Shown in pieces: positions 52,674-61,912 of a stretch of DNA of 64,000 nt. The stretch's first letter is position 1, and every line of letters begins with the position of its first letter. The position numbers were made by a program, and so were the translations under genes. This stretch comes from Acidobacteriota bacterium. Its GTDB lineage: Bacteria > Acidobacteriota > CAIWXX01. The stretch is from assembly GCA_040755995.1 (NCBI GenBank), contig JBFMAF010000055.1, positions 160,001 through 224,000 of the forward strand. Direction: 5' to 3'. Under the pieces are notes generated by a model. That model was not told the DNA's origin. It was given only the letters and a program-made list of their open reading frames with translations, and ran no database searches.

Positions 52674-53138
52674 TCACTCCTGCGCCCCCGTATCGCCTCG
52701 GCTCCGTAGCGACAGCGCCAGACCGACGATCATCACGGCGAGGAGTACGAGATTCGCCACGGTGCCTGGTGGTGTTCCGGTTCTGGCAATGGGCAAGAAA
52801 TGAAGAATCAGTTTTCTGCTCAAGTGCTCCAGCAAGAGCAGAGCAAACATGAAGGGAATCACGGAGCGATATCGAACCAAGACCAACATACACATCGAGC
52901 AGATCACGAAGTGGGCGAGCCCCCAAATCGCGAAAAGAGAGACCACCGTCTGTGCCGCGGAGGACGTGAATGTGTCAAGGGGGATGCCGTCGGCGGAGCT
53001 CGCTACAAGGTAGCCATTGAAGATGGCATTCAGGCTCATGGCCACCTTCATCAACACCATCAGGGCAAAAAGCCAGAGCGCGATCTTGTAACCTCGATAC
53101 GTATTATCGAGGTGCTGGGGAAGAAGCTGGTTGAACAT
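52674..53138 (-). CDS. Hypothetical 4-TM cassette protein
   Basis: RBS AAAGGA; follows attC R' GTTAGGC; hydrophobic helices. Confidence 0.8.
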   Translation of the reverse strand: MFNQLLPQHLDNTYRGYKIALWLFALMVLMKVAMSLNAIFNGYLVASSADGIPLDTFTSSAAQTVVSLFAIWGLAHFVICSMCMLVLVRYRSVIPFMFALLLLEHLSRKLILHFLPIARTGTPPGTVANLVLLAVMIVGLALSLRSRGDTGAQE

Positions 53139-53177
53139 GGCAGTTCCTTTCGTGACGGGGAGAGTCTTCTACACGAT

Positions 53178-53243
53178 GCCTAACGCTCCGCATCGGTCTC
53201 GCCGCCTTCCGGCGTTGGCGTTGGCCGCACGCCGTTGTTGGGG
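53178..53243 (-). mobile_element. Integron attC site
   Basis: Minus strand CCCCAAC-AACGG-CGTGCGGC...ACCGATG-CGGAGC-GTTAGGC. Confidence 0.75.
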
Positions 53244-53413
53244 CGCACGGGTCGTGATAGATCTCCAGTACCTCCCGGCCTACGATACGATCGGGACGCT
53301 GGTCTTGTTCCACAAGAGCTCATCCCTCGAACCGAAGTACGCGCTCGTCAGGACCTCCCCTCCGGAGTCGACGGCTGAGTCGGTGGCCTAGCGACTGCCA
53401 GGCCGCCAGCGCA

Positions 53414-53790
53414 TCACACCCAGTATACTAACTTGTATGCCACCCAGAAGCAGGCGAAGCAGATGCCGACAATTCCGCTGACGCAGAGCGCGAGGACTGG
53501 TGCGAGGCGGCGGTCGAGTTCGGGGACCTTCGCGCGAGAGTAGTTGCGGAGGAAGACTGCGTAGGCCACCAAGGCGAGGAATATCCCGGCGATCACGTCG
53601 GAAACGTAGTGCTGCTTGGTGAACAGTGTGGATATCGCGACGAGCGAAGCGCACAACATTGCGACGAGTCCAAGTGTGCGATGCACGCGATAGCAGGCCA
53701 GTGCTGACACGAAGGAGTGCGCGACGTGGAGGGAATGAAGGCAGTTATATGGCGGGTCGGCGTCGTAGAGGAACCCTCTCCTGCGAGTCC
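53414..53790 (-). pseudogene. C-terminal part of a PAP2-superfamily membrane phosphatase/phosphotransferase
   Basis: DPPYNCLHSLHVA and TKQHYVSDVIAG; N-terminal half absent. Confidence 0.7.
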
Positions 53791-53835
53791 ATGAGGCAGA
53801 CCACCTCCGCGCGCGCTTCCGGTCTGCTGCAAACA

Positions 53836-54564
53836 CTACTCCTGCACATCAACCGGGATCCTGAAGTCGTCGTCGCTCAGGGGTATGTTGACCTCGATAC
53901 TGGCAACCGTCGCCGTCTGCGTCCCGTCCTGGCGACCCGGGTAGACGAAGCTGCGAGGGAAGAGGATTCCCCCGGCAGGTTCGAAATCCGAGAAGGCGCG
54001 CTCCATGTGGTAATCATTCCCGCCCACGACGATGTCAGACGCTGCCCTGCGGACCAGAAAGGCATCGCCATCTACGTAGTACGTCATCTTCGCCCCGAGC
54101 GGCAGTGAGACGGCCAGTTTGTGCATCTCGGTCCCGCCGGCAACCTCCGAGCCGAGGTGCTCGTATGGGTAGTCGAAGAACGCTGGAATGAACCAGGCGA
54201 TGTCGACCTCGAAATCCTTCAGCTCGTCATCTGGTATGAGCCGGGGGCGGAAAGACGCGCCGGTCTGTCCGGTGGGGTCCTTCAGGAGACATCCGCGTGT
54301 GCCATCGAAGACGGTGATCCGGGTGCGGATCTTGTTCGGCCGTCTTATTTCGCAGAAGATGGGTGCCGCTCCGTGATCCGGATAGACTATGCCGATGCGC
54401 AAGGTTCGCAGAGCCCTGATCGTCTCCATCCCGCCCATGGCCTTCGCGCACAGCGCCACGATCTGATCGGCGCGGGCGGATGGTTGCCCCGCCGCCGGCC
54501 ATCGGCTCGAGGCAAGTGCGACGACAAGCCCCGCAGCAAGCCAGCAACCGCCGTGATCACGCAT
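53836..54564 (-). CDS. Exported hypothetical protein
   Basis: RBS GGAGGAG, signal-like N-terminus, AMGGME..L.TL and INIPLSDDDF as in LolA-like-fold exported proteins. Confidence 0.7.
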   Translation of the reverse strand: MRDHGGCWLAAGLVVALASSRWPAAGQPSARADQIVALCAKAMGGMETIRALRTLRIGIVYPDHGAAPIFCEIRRPNKIRTRITVFDGTRGCLLKDPTGQTGASFRPRLIPDDELKDFEVDIAWFIPAFFDYPYEHLGSEVAGGTEMHKLAVSLPLGAKMTYYVDGDAFLVRRAASDIVVGGNDYHMERAFSDFEPAGGILFPRSFVYPGRQDGTQTATVASIEVNIPLSDDDFRIPVDVQE

Positions 54565-54846
54565 CGCTCCTCCCCTGATGGTTGCCCACTGTTTCCCTAC
54601 AACCTGCCAGATTGTATGCCAGCGTTTTCGATCGGGCATCACTGGGACCGTGTCTTGAGGTTTCACTTTCCCACGAGATGCGGATTCCTGCCCCGGAGCT
54701 CGAAATGTCATGTGTGTCTCCGGCGACGCCTTGGGCATGGGTCGCTGCAGCCAAGCGTACATGCTCCGGTTGTCTCCGATCCGAGACGATGGCACGTCGC
54801 CGCCCGGGTACTCTTGTGTGGCTCAACAAACCGCCTTTCGATCAGA

Positions 54847-55554
54847 TCACGCGGAATGGGACGCAGCTGAGCGCTCGCTCAGGATCGCCACAACGCGCAT
54901 CATCCCTGCGTTCAGCACAGGGCTCCGTGCGGTCTCCTCGCGCAGCTGCTTCACCGCTGTCGACACGGCCGCCGGGGTCCTGCCGCAGCGACGTGCGATC
55001 GCAGAGACCCCCAACGATGAGAACCGGCGCAGCGCATAGCAGACCAGTCTCCTCTGTCGACGCGGCGTCTCTGCGCTGAAGACGTCCCTCACGGCGGCCT
55101 CAACGGCCTCCGGCGGCGGCGCACCGTGTCGTGCCAGGTGCCTCGCTTCCTGCTTGGCCCTCTGAAGACGGCTCAGGTGAACACACCGTAGTTTCCAAGT
55201 TCCGTCTCGCAGAATCCAGACGTGAGTAAACTCGTATTCCCCACCCACGTCCTGTTCATCGGCATGGCCGACTACTTTCAGTTCCCCGATGGTTATACAG
55301 GCGTGTTCGCAGAGCATCCAGGAGTTTGTTACGGTCGATTGGAATCGGCGAAGGCGAATCACTCGGCTGGTTAAATCGGCAATGGCCTGAGCCTCGGTGA
55401 GTCTGCCGCCTGATGAGCCTGTCAGACAATACTCGTCATCCAGTATTTCGCCCACCACGCCGGCATCGACAGAGCTCATGCCCCGCTCCAGGGCGTTCTC
55501 GCGGTTCAGCACTTCGTCAAGAGCCCTCTTGTTGGCAGGAACTGTCTCATTCAT
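54847..55554 (-). CDS. NTF2-like/DUF4440 cassette protein fused in frame to an HTH tail (probable chimera)
   Basis: ILDDEYCLTGSSG...FTHVWILRDGTWKL then YALRRFSSLGVSAIARRCGRTPAAVSTAV. Confidence 0.65.
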   Translation of the reverse strand: MNETVPANKRALDEVLNRENALERGMSSVDAGVVGEILDDEYCLTGSSGGRLTEAQAIADLTSRVIRLRRFQSTVTNSWMLCEHACITIGELKVVGHADEQDVGGEYEFTHVWILRDGTWKLRCVHLSRLQRAKQEARHLARHGAPPPEAVEAAVRDVFSAETPRRQRRLVCYALRRFSSLGVSAIARRCGRTPAAVSTAVKQLREETARSPVLNAGMMRVVAILSERSAASHSA

Positions 55555-55595
55555 GAAGATGCCTGCTTCGCTCGGGCAGAATGCCGAACCATGTT

Positions 55596-55653
55596 GCCCA
55601 ACGGCCGCCGTCAGTCGCCGCCGAAGGCTGCAGGCTGCCTGCCGTTGTTCGGC
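55596..55653 (-). mobile_element. Integron attC site
   Basis: Minus strand GCCGAAC-AACGG-CAGGCAGC...GCC-TTC-GGC...ACTGACG-GCGGCC-GTTGGGC. Confidence 0.8.
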
Positions 55654-56225
55654 GGCGCCCCCACCGCCCTTTTCGGGGGGCCGAAGTATCGATGTGTGCG
55701 ATGCCGATACGCCTCATAAGCTTCTCCGTAGAGGCGTCCGAGAAGCTCCTCTTCGAGCGGCAGGCAGAGACGGTAACTCAGCCAGAAAACCAGCGCCAGC
55801 AGGAGAACCATTGCCGACCCGCGAACCAACCCGAGGCCCACCAACACGAGAGCCCAACCAACGAACAGCGGGTTCCGGCTCCACCTGTAGATTCCCTCGG
55901 TCACCAGACGCGTGGTATCCAAACCGAACTGGCGCTTGAAACCAAACACGCACGTCGCGCTCAAGTATACCGCCGTCCCCGCAGCAATCAAGGCTATCCC
56001 GCCACCAATGGCCACAGGCCTGAGAAGGCTGAAGTGCCAGGTCGGTTCCACGGCGGCGAGCACTACGAGGCCGAAATGAATCCAGTAGAACGCCATCGCC
56101 GCCGCCACCGTCTGGATGCTGGCACGCAGACGACTCCGGTACTCTGGCCCCAGCCGGCGCCCGATCACCACGCCCAGCACCAACATCAGCGCCAGTCCGA
56201 AGATGAATATCCAAAAAACGGTCAC
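55611..56225 (-). CDS. Isoprenylcysteine carboxylmethyltransferase / PEMT family, cassette-borne
   Basis: LVTEGIYRWSRNP, EEELLGRLYGEAYEAYR; bounded by GTTCGGC and GCCGAAC. Confidence 0.9.
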   Translation of the reverse strand: MTVFWIFIFGLALMLVLGVVIGRRLGPEYRSRLRASIQTVAAAMAFYWIHFGLVVLAAVEPTWHFSLLRPVAIGGGIALIAAGTAVYLSATCVFGFKRQFGLDTTRLVTEGIYRWSRNPLFVGWALVLVGLGLVRGSAMVLLLALVFWLSYRLCLPLEEELLGRLYGEAYEAYRHRTHRYFGPPKRAVGAPPNNGRQPAAFGGD

Positions 56226-56249
56226 GCCGACCTCACAGCGACTCAAGCG

Positions 56250-56280
56250 GCCGAACGATCATTAGATGGACGTACGAATT
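56250..56280 (-). mobile_element. Cassette-array start: lone GTTCGGC core, possible attI
   Basis: GTTCGGC is the exact complement of the downstream R'' GCCGAAC but has no attC arms upstream. Confidence 0.45.
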
Positions 56281-56364
56281 CTCCCGCGTTTGCCGGTGTT
56301 GAGCGGTTTGAGTGGTCTCTTGGGTTCCTCTTGTTCCAGATCGTATGTCCTTGCGTTTGTCGAA

Positions 56365-56393
56365 ATCGTGCCCCATCCGAGAGGTCTTGTCAA
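56365..56393 (-). promoter_or_regulatory. Candidate Pc-like promoter facing the cassettes
   Basis: TTGACA-17 bp-CACGAT about 110 nt upstream of the first core site. Confidence 0.45.
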
Positions 56394-56813
56394 CACTCGT
56401 TGGCGTGCACGGGCGCGCCCCGACGAGGGAACTGGGTGAATCAGATTCAGGCGAGATCGGCTGGAGCGAAAGACGATGCTCTGTGCCGTCCGGCCGCCTA
56501 GCTACGAGGCCGCTCGTTTCTGTCGGCTTCTCATTCGTCGGCAGCGTCACGATCAACCTGCGGAACGCGATCCGGTACCTCCGCAGGCGCGTGTGACCTG
56601 CGCCGCGCCCGCCTACGGCTTCCTCGGGCTGGACCCTCTCATGCGACATGAGAGAGATCGCCATCCATCTCGATTGTGGTGGCACGTCCCATGGCGCAGC
56701 GTTCTCCGTCAGCAACCGCTGAGTATCGAGCGTAGGCTGGAATTCGTTCTCCAAATCGGGCGGCAATCGTTAAGAGTGTCCTGAAGGGCCGGTGGGCTCG
56801 TCCACCGTGGCCT

Positions 56814-57770
56814 TCAACGCCCGAGCAGAGCGAATACCAAGGGAATGCCGATGAGACTCAGAACGATGTTCATGAAGGCGACTGCGGATGCCATCTCACC
56901 CTCGCACTTGTACCTTGTCGCAAAGACCGTGCCCAGCACGGCCGACGGCATGCAGGCGACGAGGACCAGGACGCGACGTTCGAGCGGGTCGATGCCGTAG
57001 ACAATCGCCTGTCCATAGGCCATGAGGGGCTCGATGACTAGTTGGAGCAGAACGGAAATCACGAGCATCGGGAAGAGCCCTTGAGGCGACTTCACCTCCA
57101 TCTGGAGCCCGAGGATCAGGCAGCTCAGGGCTGCGAGCGCGCCGCTGATCATCTGGAACGCCTGGAGGACAGGCTGGAGCAGGGGGGCGTCCAGCGGCGG
57201 GCGGAGCGTTCCCAGTACCAGGCCCAGGGCGACGGCGAGGAAGATCGGTGAGCGCACGTAGCGGAGTGCTGCGTCCTTCAAGCTCGTGCGCTCGTGCTCC
57301 CACTCCCCGAACTGCATGGCCACAATCGGGCAGATCGTGAAGATAGGCAGGCCTACGGCCACCTCGCTGATGAGGATGGCGTAGGTCAGAGCCTCCGGGT
57401 TGTCCGGGAAAGCGAACTGGACGATCGGGTAGCCCAGGAGAGAGCTGGAGCCGAATGAGGAGACAATCATGAGAGCGCCGGTCCTGGGGCGGGAGAAGTG
57501 CATCATGCCCGCCAGCCAATGGGCCGCGGCCAGGTTCACGCACCCGGCCACGAACATGGCCAGAACCGCGAGCAGGTGCCTGCTGCTCGGAGGATGCTGG
57601 ATGAGCTGCGAGAAGATCACGACGGGCAAGACCGCCTGTGTGAGGAGCCTGGCGAAGACCTCTGCGTCCTGCTTCCGGAGCACGCCGCGATTCCTCAGCA
57701 GAGCCGAGAAGCCCACGACCAAGGCGAACGCGAGCACCGTGACGGCGATCTGAAGATGTCCTGTCAGCAT
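56814..57770 (-). CDS. AEC (auxin efflux carrier) family transporter
   Basis: LPVVIFS, SSFGSSSLLGYP, SPIFLAV, CMPSAV; about 10 TMs. Confidence 0.9.
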   Translation of the reverse strand: MLTGHLQIAVTVLAFALVVGFSALLRNRGVLRKQDAEVFARLLTQAVLPVVIFSQLIQHPPSSRHLLAVLAMFVAGCVNLAAAHWLAGMMHFSRPRTGALMIVSSFGSSSLLGYPIVQFAFPDNPEALTYAILISEVAVGLPIFTICPIVAMQFGEWEHERTSLKDAALRYVRSPIFLAVALGLVLGTLRPPLDAPLLQPVLQAFQMISGALAALSCLILGLQMEVKSPQGLFPMLVISVLLQLVIEPLMAYGQAIVYGIDPLERRVLVLVACMPSAVLGTVFATRYKCEGEMASAVAFMNIVLSLIGIPLVFALLGR

Positions 57771-57810
57771 GGCCTGCGCACGAGATCCTAAGGTGAGACG
57801 CAGGTCCGCG

Positions 57811-58014
57811 TCAAACCCCGAGAGTATTCCGTGTTTGACGCTCCCACCGGGATTGGTACTCGTGAAGTGTCTGTGCGAACTGGTCAAGCGAGTTGAGGCA
57901 CAACATGTTGGCATCGATGGCAAAAGCATAGAACGTCTCGCTCGGATGGTCGCGGGCGAAACGCTCAATGCTGGAACGGCAGTAGTCGAGAAGCTTGTCA
58001 ACCTCGAACGCCAT
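57811..58014 (-). pseudogene. N-terminal fragment, DUF4303-like
   Basis: IERFARDHPSETFYAFAID...LCLNS; only 67 codons. Confidence 0.5.
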
Positions 58015-58029
58015 TATTGTCCCGGACCC

Positions 58030-58087
58030 TTGACAAGCAACAAGACTGTTGCTATCCTGGAAGTCGAGTAGCAACAGAATTGTTGCT
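58030..58087 (+). promoter_or_regulatory. Sigma-70 promoter with two palindromic operator-like sites
   Basis: TTGACA-17 bp-TATCCT; AGCAACA-N4-TGTTGCT at 58036-58053 and at 58070-58087. Confidence 0.88.
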
Positions 58088-58132
58088 TCTGATGCGATCC
58101 ATGGGAGACGTCATCGATAGGAGGTTCATGCG

Positions 58133-59359
58133 ATGGCAACTCGAAGCATTGCGGGTGGCGTGCCGGAACCGGAGGAGTTGATCGGCCGGCAGCACACAAT
58201 CGAGTTTATCTGGGAGCAACTGGCTGCCAACAACGTCCTATTGGTCGCTCCGAGGAGGTTTGGTAAGACAGGGGTCATGGGGCACCTGTTGAAACGTCCC
58301 CGCTCCGGGTACCTTCCCATTTACCTCGATGTCGAAGAACTTGAAGATCCCGATCGCTTTGCCGCCGCCCTGATCGCTGCGCTTCTGGAGCAGAGTGAAC
58401 TGCGGGCGCTTGTTTGTGGAATCAAGGGCCTTCCGACGAGGGTTGTGGACTTCATCAGCGGGCACATTGGGCACGTCAAGGCCGATGTATTCGAGATTGA
58501 ACTGAAGGACGTTGTGAAGGATTCCTGGGGTGTTGTGACTCGTACCCTGGTGCTTGAGATGGAGAAGGCAACTGAAACGGTCCTCTTCGTCATTGATGAG
58601 TTTCCGCAGTTTGTTGAGAACCTCGGTCGTAAACACGGGGACGACTCCGCGAGGCAGTTCCTCCAATGGTTCCGGTCACTTCGGATGCATCAGAAGGATC
58701 GTCTGCGTCGCTACCGCTTTGTGCTGGGCGGTTCGACAGGCATCGACATGATCTTGCGTCGCCTCGACGTACCCGACAAGCTGAACGACTTCTTTCGTGT
58801 CCCCATTGAAGCTCTCAGTCCTGAAGCGGCGAAGGACCTCCTGAACAATCTCGCCATGAGTTACGATGTCCGTTTCACGGATGAAGGGCGCGCGGTTCTC
58901 TTCGAGTTAATCTCTCCGCCCGTTCCCTACTTCCTCCAATTGCTGGCCTCACAGATTCGGATGGATGAGAAGCTGAAGGGGAAAGAGCTTACGGCGGATG
59001 ACGTCCGTGACGTCTACTCCCGTCGTCTTCTCGGCCCTACCTGCCGTGCCTACTTCGATTATTACCACAGGCGCCTCAAACGCTATGGCGCGCCTGGTGA
59101 ACGTGCGGCGTTGGCCATCCTGCAGGAGATCTCAAGCGCGCCAGGGGGACGCGTTTCGAACAGCATGCTCTACGACGTCTATCGCAAGACCCGCAAGCGA
59201 GGGGCGTCCAATTTCGAATTCGACGATATCATGGCCGACCTGGAAACGGACTGGTATGTTCTGCTCGATACGAAAACCAACGAGTACGGCTTCCTGCTGA
59301 ATGTGATCAGGGACTGGTGGCAACGCTTCCACCGAACGCTTCGCGTGAAGGGAAAGTAG
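58133..59359 (+). CDS. P-loop AAA+ ATPase (archaeal-ATPase/STAND-related) with probable C-terminal wHTH
   Basis: LIGR, LLVAPRRFGKT, LFVIDEFP, GGSTG, PYFLQL; RBS AGGAGG. Confidence 0.88.
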   Translation: MATRSIAGGVPEPEELIGRQHTIEFIWEQLAANNVLLVAPRRFGKTGVMGHLLKRPRSGYLPIYLDVEELEDPDRFAAALIAALLEQSELRALVCGIKGLPTRVVDFISGHIGHVKADVFEIELKDVVKDSWGVVTRTLVLEMEKATETVLFVIDEFPQFVENLGRKHGDDSARQFLQWFRSLRMHQKDRLRRYRFVLGGSTGIDMILRRLDVPDKLNDFFRVPIEALSPEAAKDLLNNLAMSYDVRFTDEGRAVLFELISPPVPYFLQLLASQIRMDEKLKGKELTADDVRDVYSRRLLGPTCRAYFDYYHRRLKRYGAPGERAALAILQEISSAPGGRVSNSMLYDVYRKTRKRGASNFEFDDIMADLETDWYVLLDTKTNEYGFLLNVIRDWWQRFHRTLRVKGK

Positions 59360-59370
59360 CAGGCGACTCG

Positions 59371-61899
59371 ATGGCGTACGCGCGACTGGCATACGACCCT
59401 TGGGAGATTCCACCAGAGGAGCGCAGGGCCACTCTTGTAGGACGCGAAGCGTTGCTACAGCAACTTCTGTCGGCTGTCCGTGAGCAAGAGGGTCATCGGA
59501 CCATTCAACACTATCTGCTGCTGGGACCCCGTGGGATAGGCAAGACAACGGTTCTGCTCACCTTGCGCGACCGAGTTCGCGAAGATCCACATCTATCGAA
59601 GCGCTGGTTCTGCGTCCAGCTTCGCGAGGAGGAGTATTTCATCCGCACGTTGCGGGACCTGTTGGACCTCACACTACAGGCACTAGCGAGCGATGAGAAC
59701 CTGCCCGAAGCGTCTGATCTCGCGCAACGGGTGCACGACGAACATGACGGCGAAAGGAGCCGCGCGATTGCAGTCGATGGGCTGCGCACCATTTCCAAGA
59801 TGCACGACAAACGGATACTGCTCCTCATCGACAACTTCGACCAGGTCTTCCCCCGGACCCCTACTGGTCGCAGGAAGACGCGTTCGGCCCAGAACGAGTA
59901 CCGAGCCTTTCGCAAACTCCTCAGCGGCGAGAGTTCCATCATGGTCATCGGAGCTTCGGTCTGCCTCTTCGAGGAAATCGCCGCCTACGACCAGGCGTTC
60001 TTCAATTTCTTCTGTCCCGTCGACATTCCGAATCTGACTGACGATGAGATCTGCGAGCTTCTACGGAAGCGAGCCGAGGCGGATGCGAACCCCGGGTTTG
60101 TGCAGAACTTCGAGGAGGTCAAAGACAAGGTACGGGCAATCACGTACATCACCGGCGGCAACCCACGCCTGGTCCTGATGCTTTACGACGTGCTTCGCCA
60201 GCGCGAGATGCTGCCCGTAGTTCAGGCCCTCCGCGAGACCGTCGGCAGCCTCACCCCCATGCTCAAGCACGTCCTGGACGACATGCCCCGCCAGCAAAGC
60301 AAGACGCTCGATGCCCTTGTACGTCTTGGAGGCGCCGCCTCGCCTAGCAACATTTCCAGGTTGGCGCGCCTGCCGCTCAACGTGGTGACTGCCCAGTTGG
60401 GCCGACTGAGGGATGCCAGATTCGTATCGGTTGAGGGCCAGGGAAAGGGGAAGCCTGCGACCTACCGGGTCTCGGACCCGATGTTCCGAACCTGGTACCA
60501 GATGCGCTACCTTCGGCCGGCTGGACGGCGCATCGAGCTCTTCGTCGAGTTCCTTCGTGTCTGGTTCTCAGTGGAAGATCGCAGGCGATTCCTGGAAGAG
60601 CGCTGGCAGCAATTCCAGACTTGTGTTGACGGTGGCCCCCATGCACGCCTCGCCGAAGTCAGTCTCGGAATCGAGTACTTCGCAGCGAGTCTGGAGGACC
60701 AGCATGAACGTCGGGCGCAGTTCGAGCGGCTCGCCGACGGTGTGTTCGAGGCAGGACGCAGCCAGCAGGCGGCGCGCCTACTTGCAGAATTCGCAACCCC
60801 CGCCGCCATGTCGGAAGCGAGCTATGAAGCGACGGGATACCGCATGTTGGGTGACAGGCTCATTGACAAAGGAGACCTCGCAAGAGCTATCGAGACCTAC
60901 AGTGCAGCGCTGGAAAGGGATCCGCAGAACGTGGAAGCCCGCATCTGTCTGGGGCTTTCATTAGGGCGCTCTGGAGATCATTCAAGGGCCAAGGAAGAGT
61001 TGGACAAGGTGATTAGTAACCCAGCCCTTCGGAATGGCACTCTCTCGAGCGCGCTCCTCAACCGGGCCGTCGCCGAGTGGGCCTTGGGTGACCGGGAGGG
61101 CGCGATTGCCGATTACACTGCTGTAGTGGAGCTGCCAGGGGCAGCGCCCGGGCAGGTGGCCACAGCGCTCGTCGGGCGGGGTTTGGCCAAGCAAGCCTTG
61201 GGTAACGATCACGGAGCCGTATTCGACTACACGGCTGCAGTGGAGCTGCCGGAGGCCTCAGCCAAGCACGTGGCCCTCGCACTCGCCAGCCGGGCTCACG
61301 CCAAGAGGGTCTTGCGCGACACCCAGGGGGCGATTGGGGACTACACAGGCGTCGCGGAGTTGCCGGGCGCCACGCTGGAGCAGATCGCCCAAGCGCTGCT
61401 CGCGCGGGGTGTTGCGCTAGCGCAACTTGGCAGGAGGACGGATGCGATTCGAGATTTCGAGCGGTGCACGGAACTCAAGACCGATGCTGATTCTGTTTAC
61501 AGAGCGTTTGCCTTGCAGATGAAGGCTTACTTGACGGACGGCGGACTCCAAGAGGCGACAGAATGTATTTCAAGACTGCATAAGATCGAACCGGAGAGTG
61601 CGCCGTTGGAGGAGCGCCTCGAAGCCAGGGTGAGGGCGATCATCAGTGCCGGGCGCGAGCACTCGCTCGATTCCGCATCGACGGTCCTTGAGGCAGCGAT
61701 GCACCACGATCCGGATGCCATCCGTGAACATCTGGCGTTCCTGCAGCCAGCCATCGAGCTGGCCAGAACGGGCAGTGAGCAGGTCATTGCCGCATTGCCG
61801 GACCAGGAGCGTGAGCTCGCGAAACAGATTGCGGCGGTCCTTGTCCGAAAGGCAGGCCAAGACGGTACTCTGGACCCGAACAGCGAGAAGCAGCCGTAA
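59371..61899 (+). CDS. AAA+ ATPase - winged HTH - TPR repeat protein
   Basis: LVGRE, LLGPRGIGKT, LLLIDNFD, GGNPR, wHTH (SPSNISRLAR...QLGRL...YRVSDPMF), TPR-like repeats. Confidence 0.88.
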   Translation: MAYARLAYDPWEIPPEERRATLVGREALLQQLLSAVREQEGHRTIQHYLLLGPRGIGKTTVLLTLRDRVREDPHLSKRWFCVQLREEEYFIRTLRDLLDLTLQALASDENLPEASDLAQRVHDEHDGERSRAIAVDGLRTISKMHDKRILLLIDNFDQVFPRTPTGRRKTRSAQNEYRAFRKLLSGESSIMVIGASVCLFEEIAAYDQAFFNFFCPVDIPNLTDDEICELLRKRAEADANPGFVQNFEEVKDKVRAITYITGGNPRLVLMLYDVLRQREMLPVVQALRETVGSLTPMLKHVLDDMPRQQSKTLDALVRLGGAASPSNISRLARLPLNVVTAQLGRLRDARFVSVEGQGKGKPATYRVSDPMFRTWYQMRYLRPAGRRIELFVEFLRVWFSVEDRRRFLEERWQQFQTCVDGGPHARLAEVSLGIEYFAASLEDQHERRAQFERLADGVFEAGRSQQAARLLAEFATPAAMSEASYEATGYRMLGDRLIDKGDLARAIETYSAALERDPQNVEARICLGLSLGRSGDHSRAKEELDKVISNPALRNGTLSSALLNRAVAEWALGDREGAIADYTAVVELPGAAPGQVATALVGRGLAKQALGNDHGAVFDYTAAVELPEASAKHVALALASRAHAKRVLRDTQGAIGDYTGVAELPGATLEQIAQALLARGVALAQLGRRTDAIRDFERCTELKTDADSVYRAFALQMKAYLTDGGLQEATECISRLHKIEPESAPLEERLEARVRAIISAGREHSLDSASTVLEAAMHHDPDAIREHLAFLQPAIELARTGSEQVIAALPDQERELAKQIAAVLVRKAGQDGTLDPNSEKQP

Positions 61900-61912
61900 G
61901 AGCCACTAGGCA

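Noticed and set aside
56233..56790. Possible integron integrase remnant upstream of the second array
   Set aside because: No RHRY/HxLRHSFATH-type motifs in the listed ORFs
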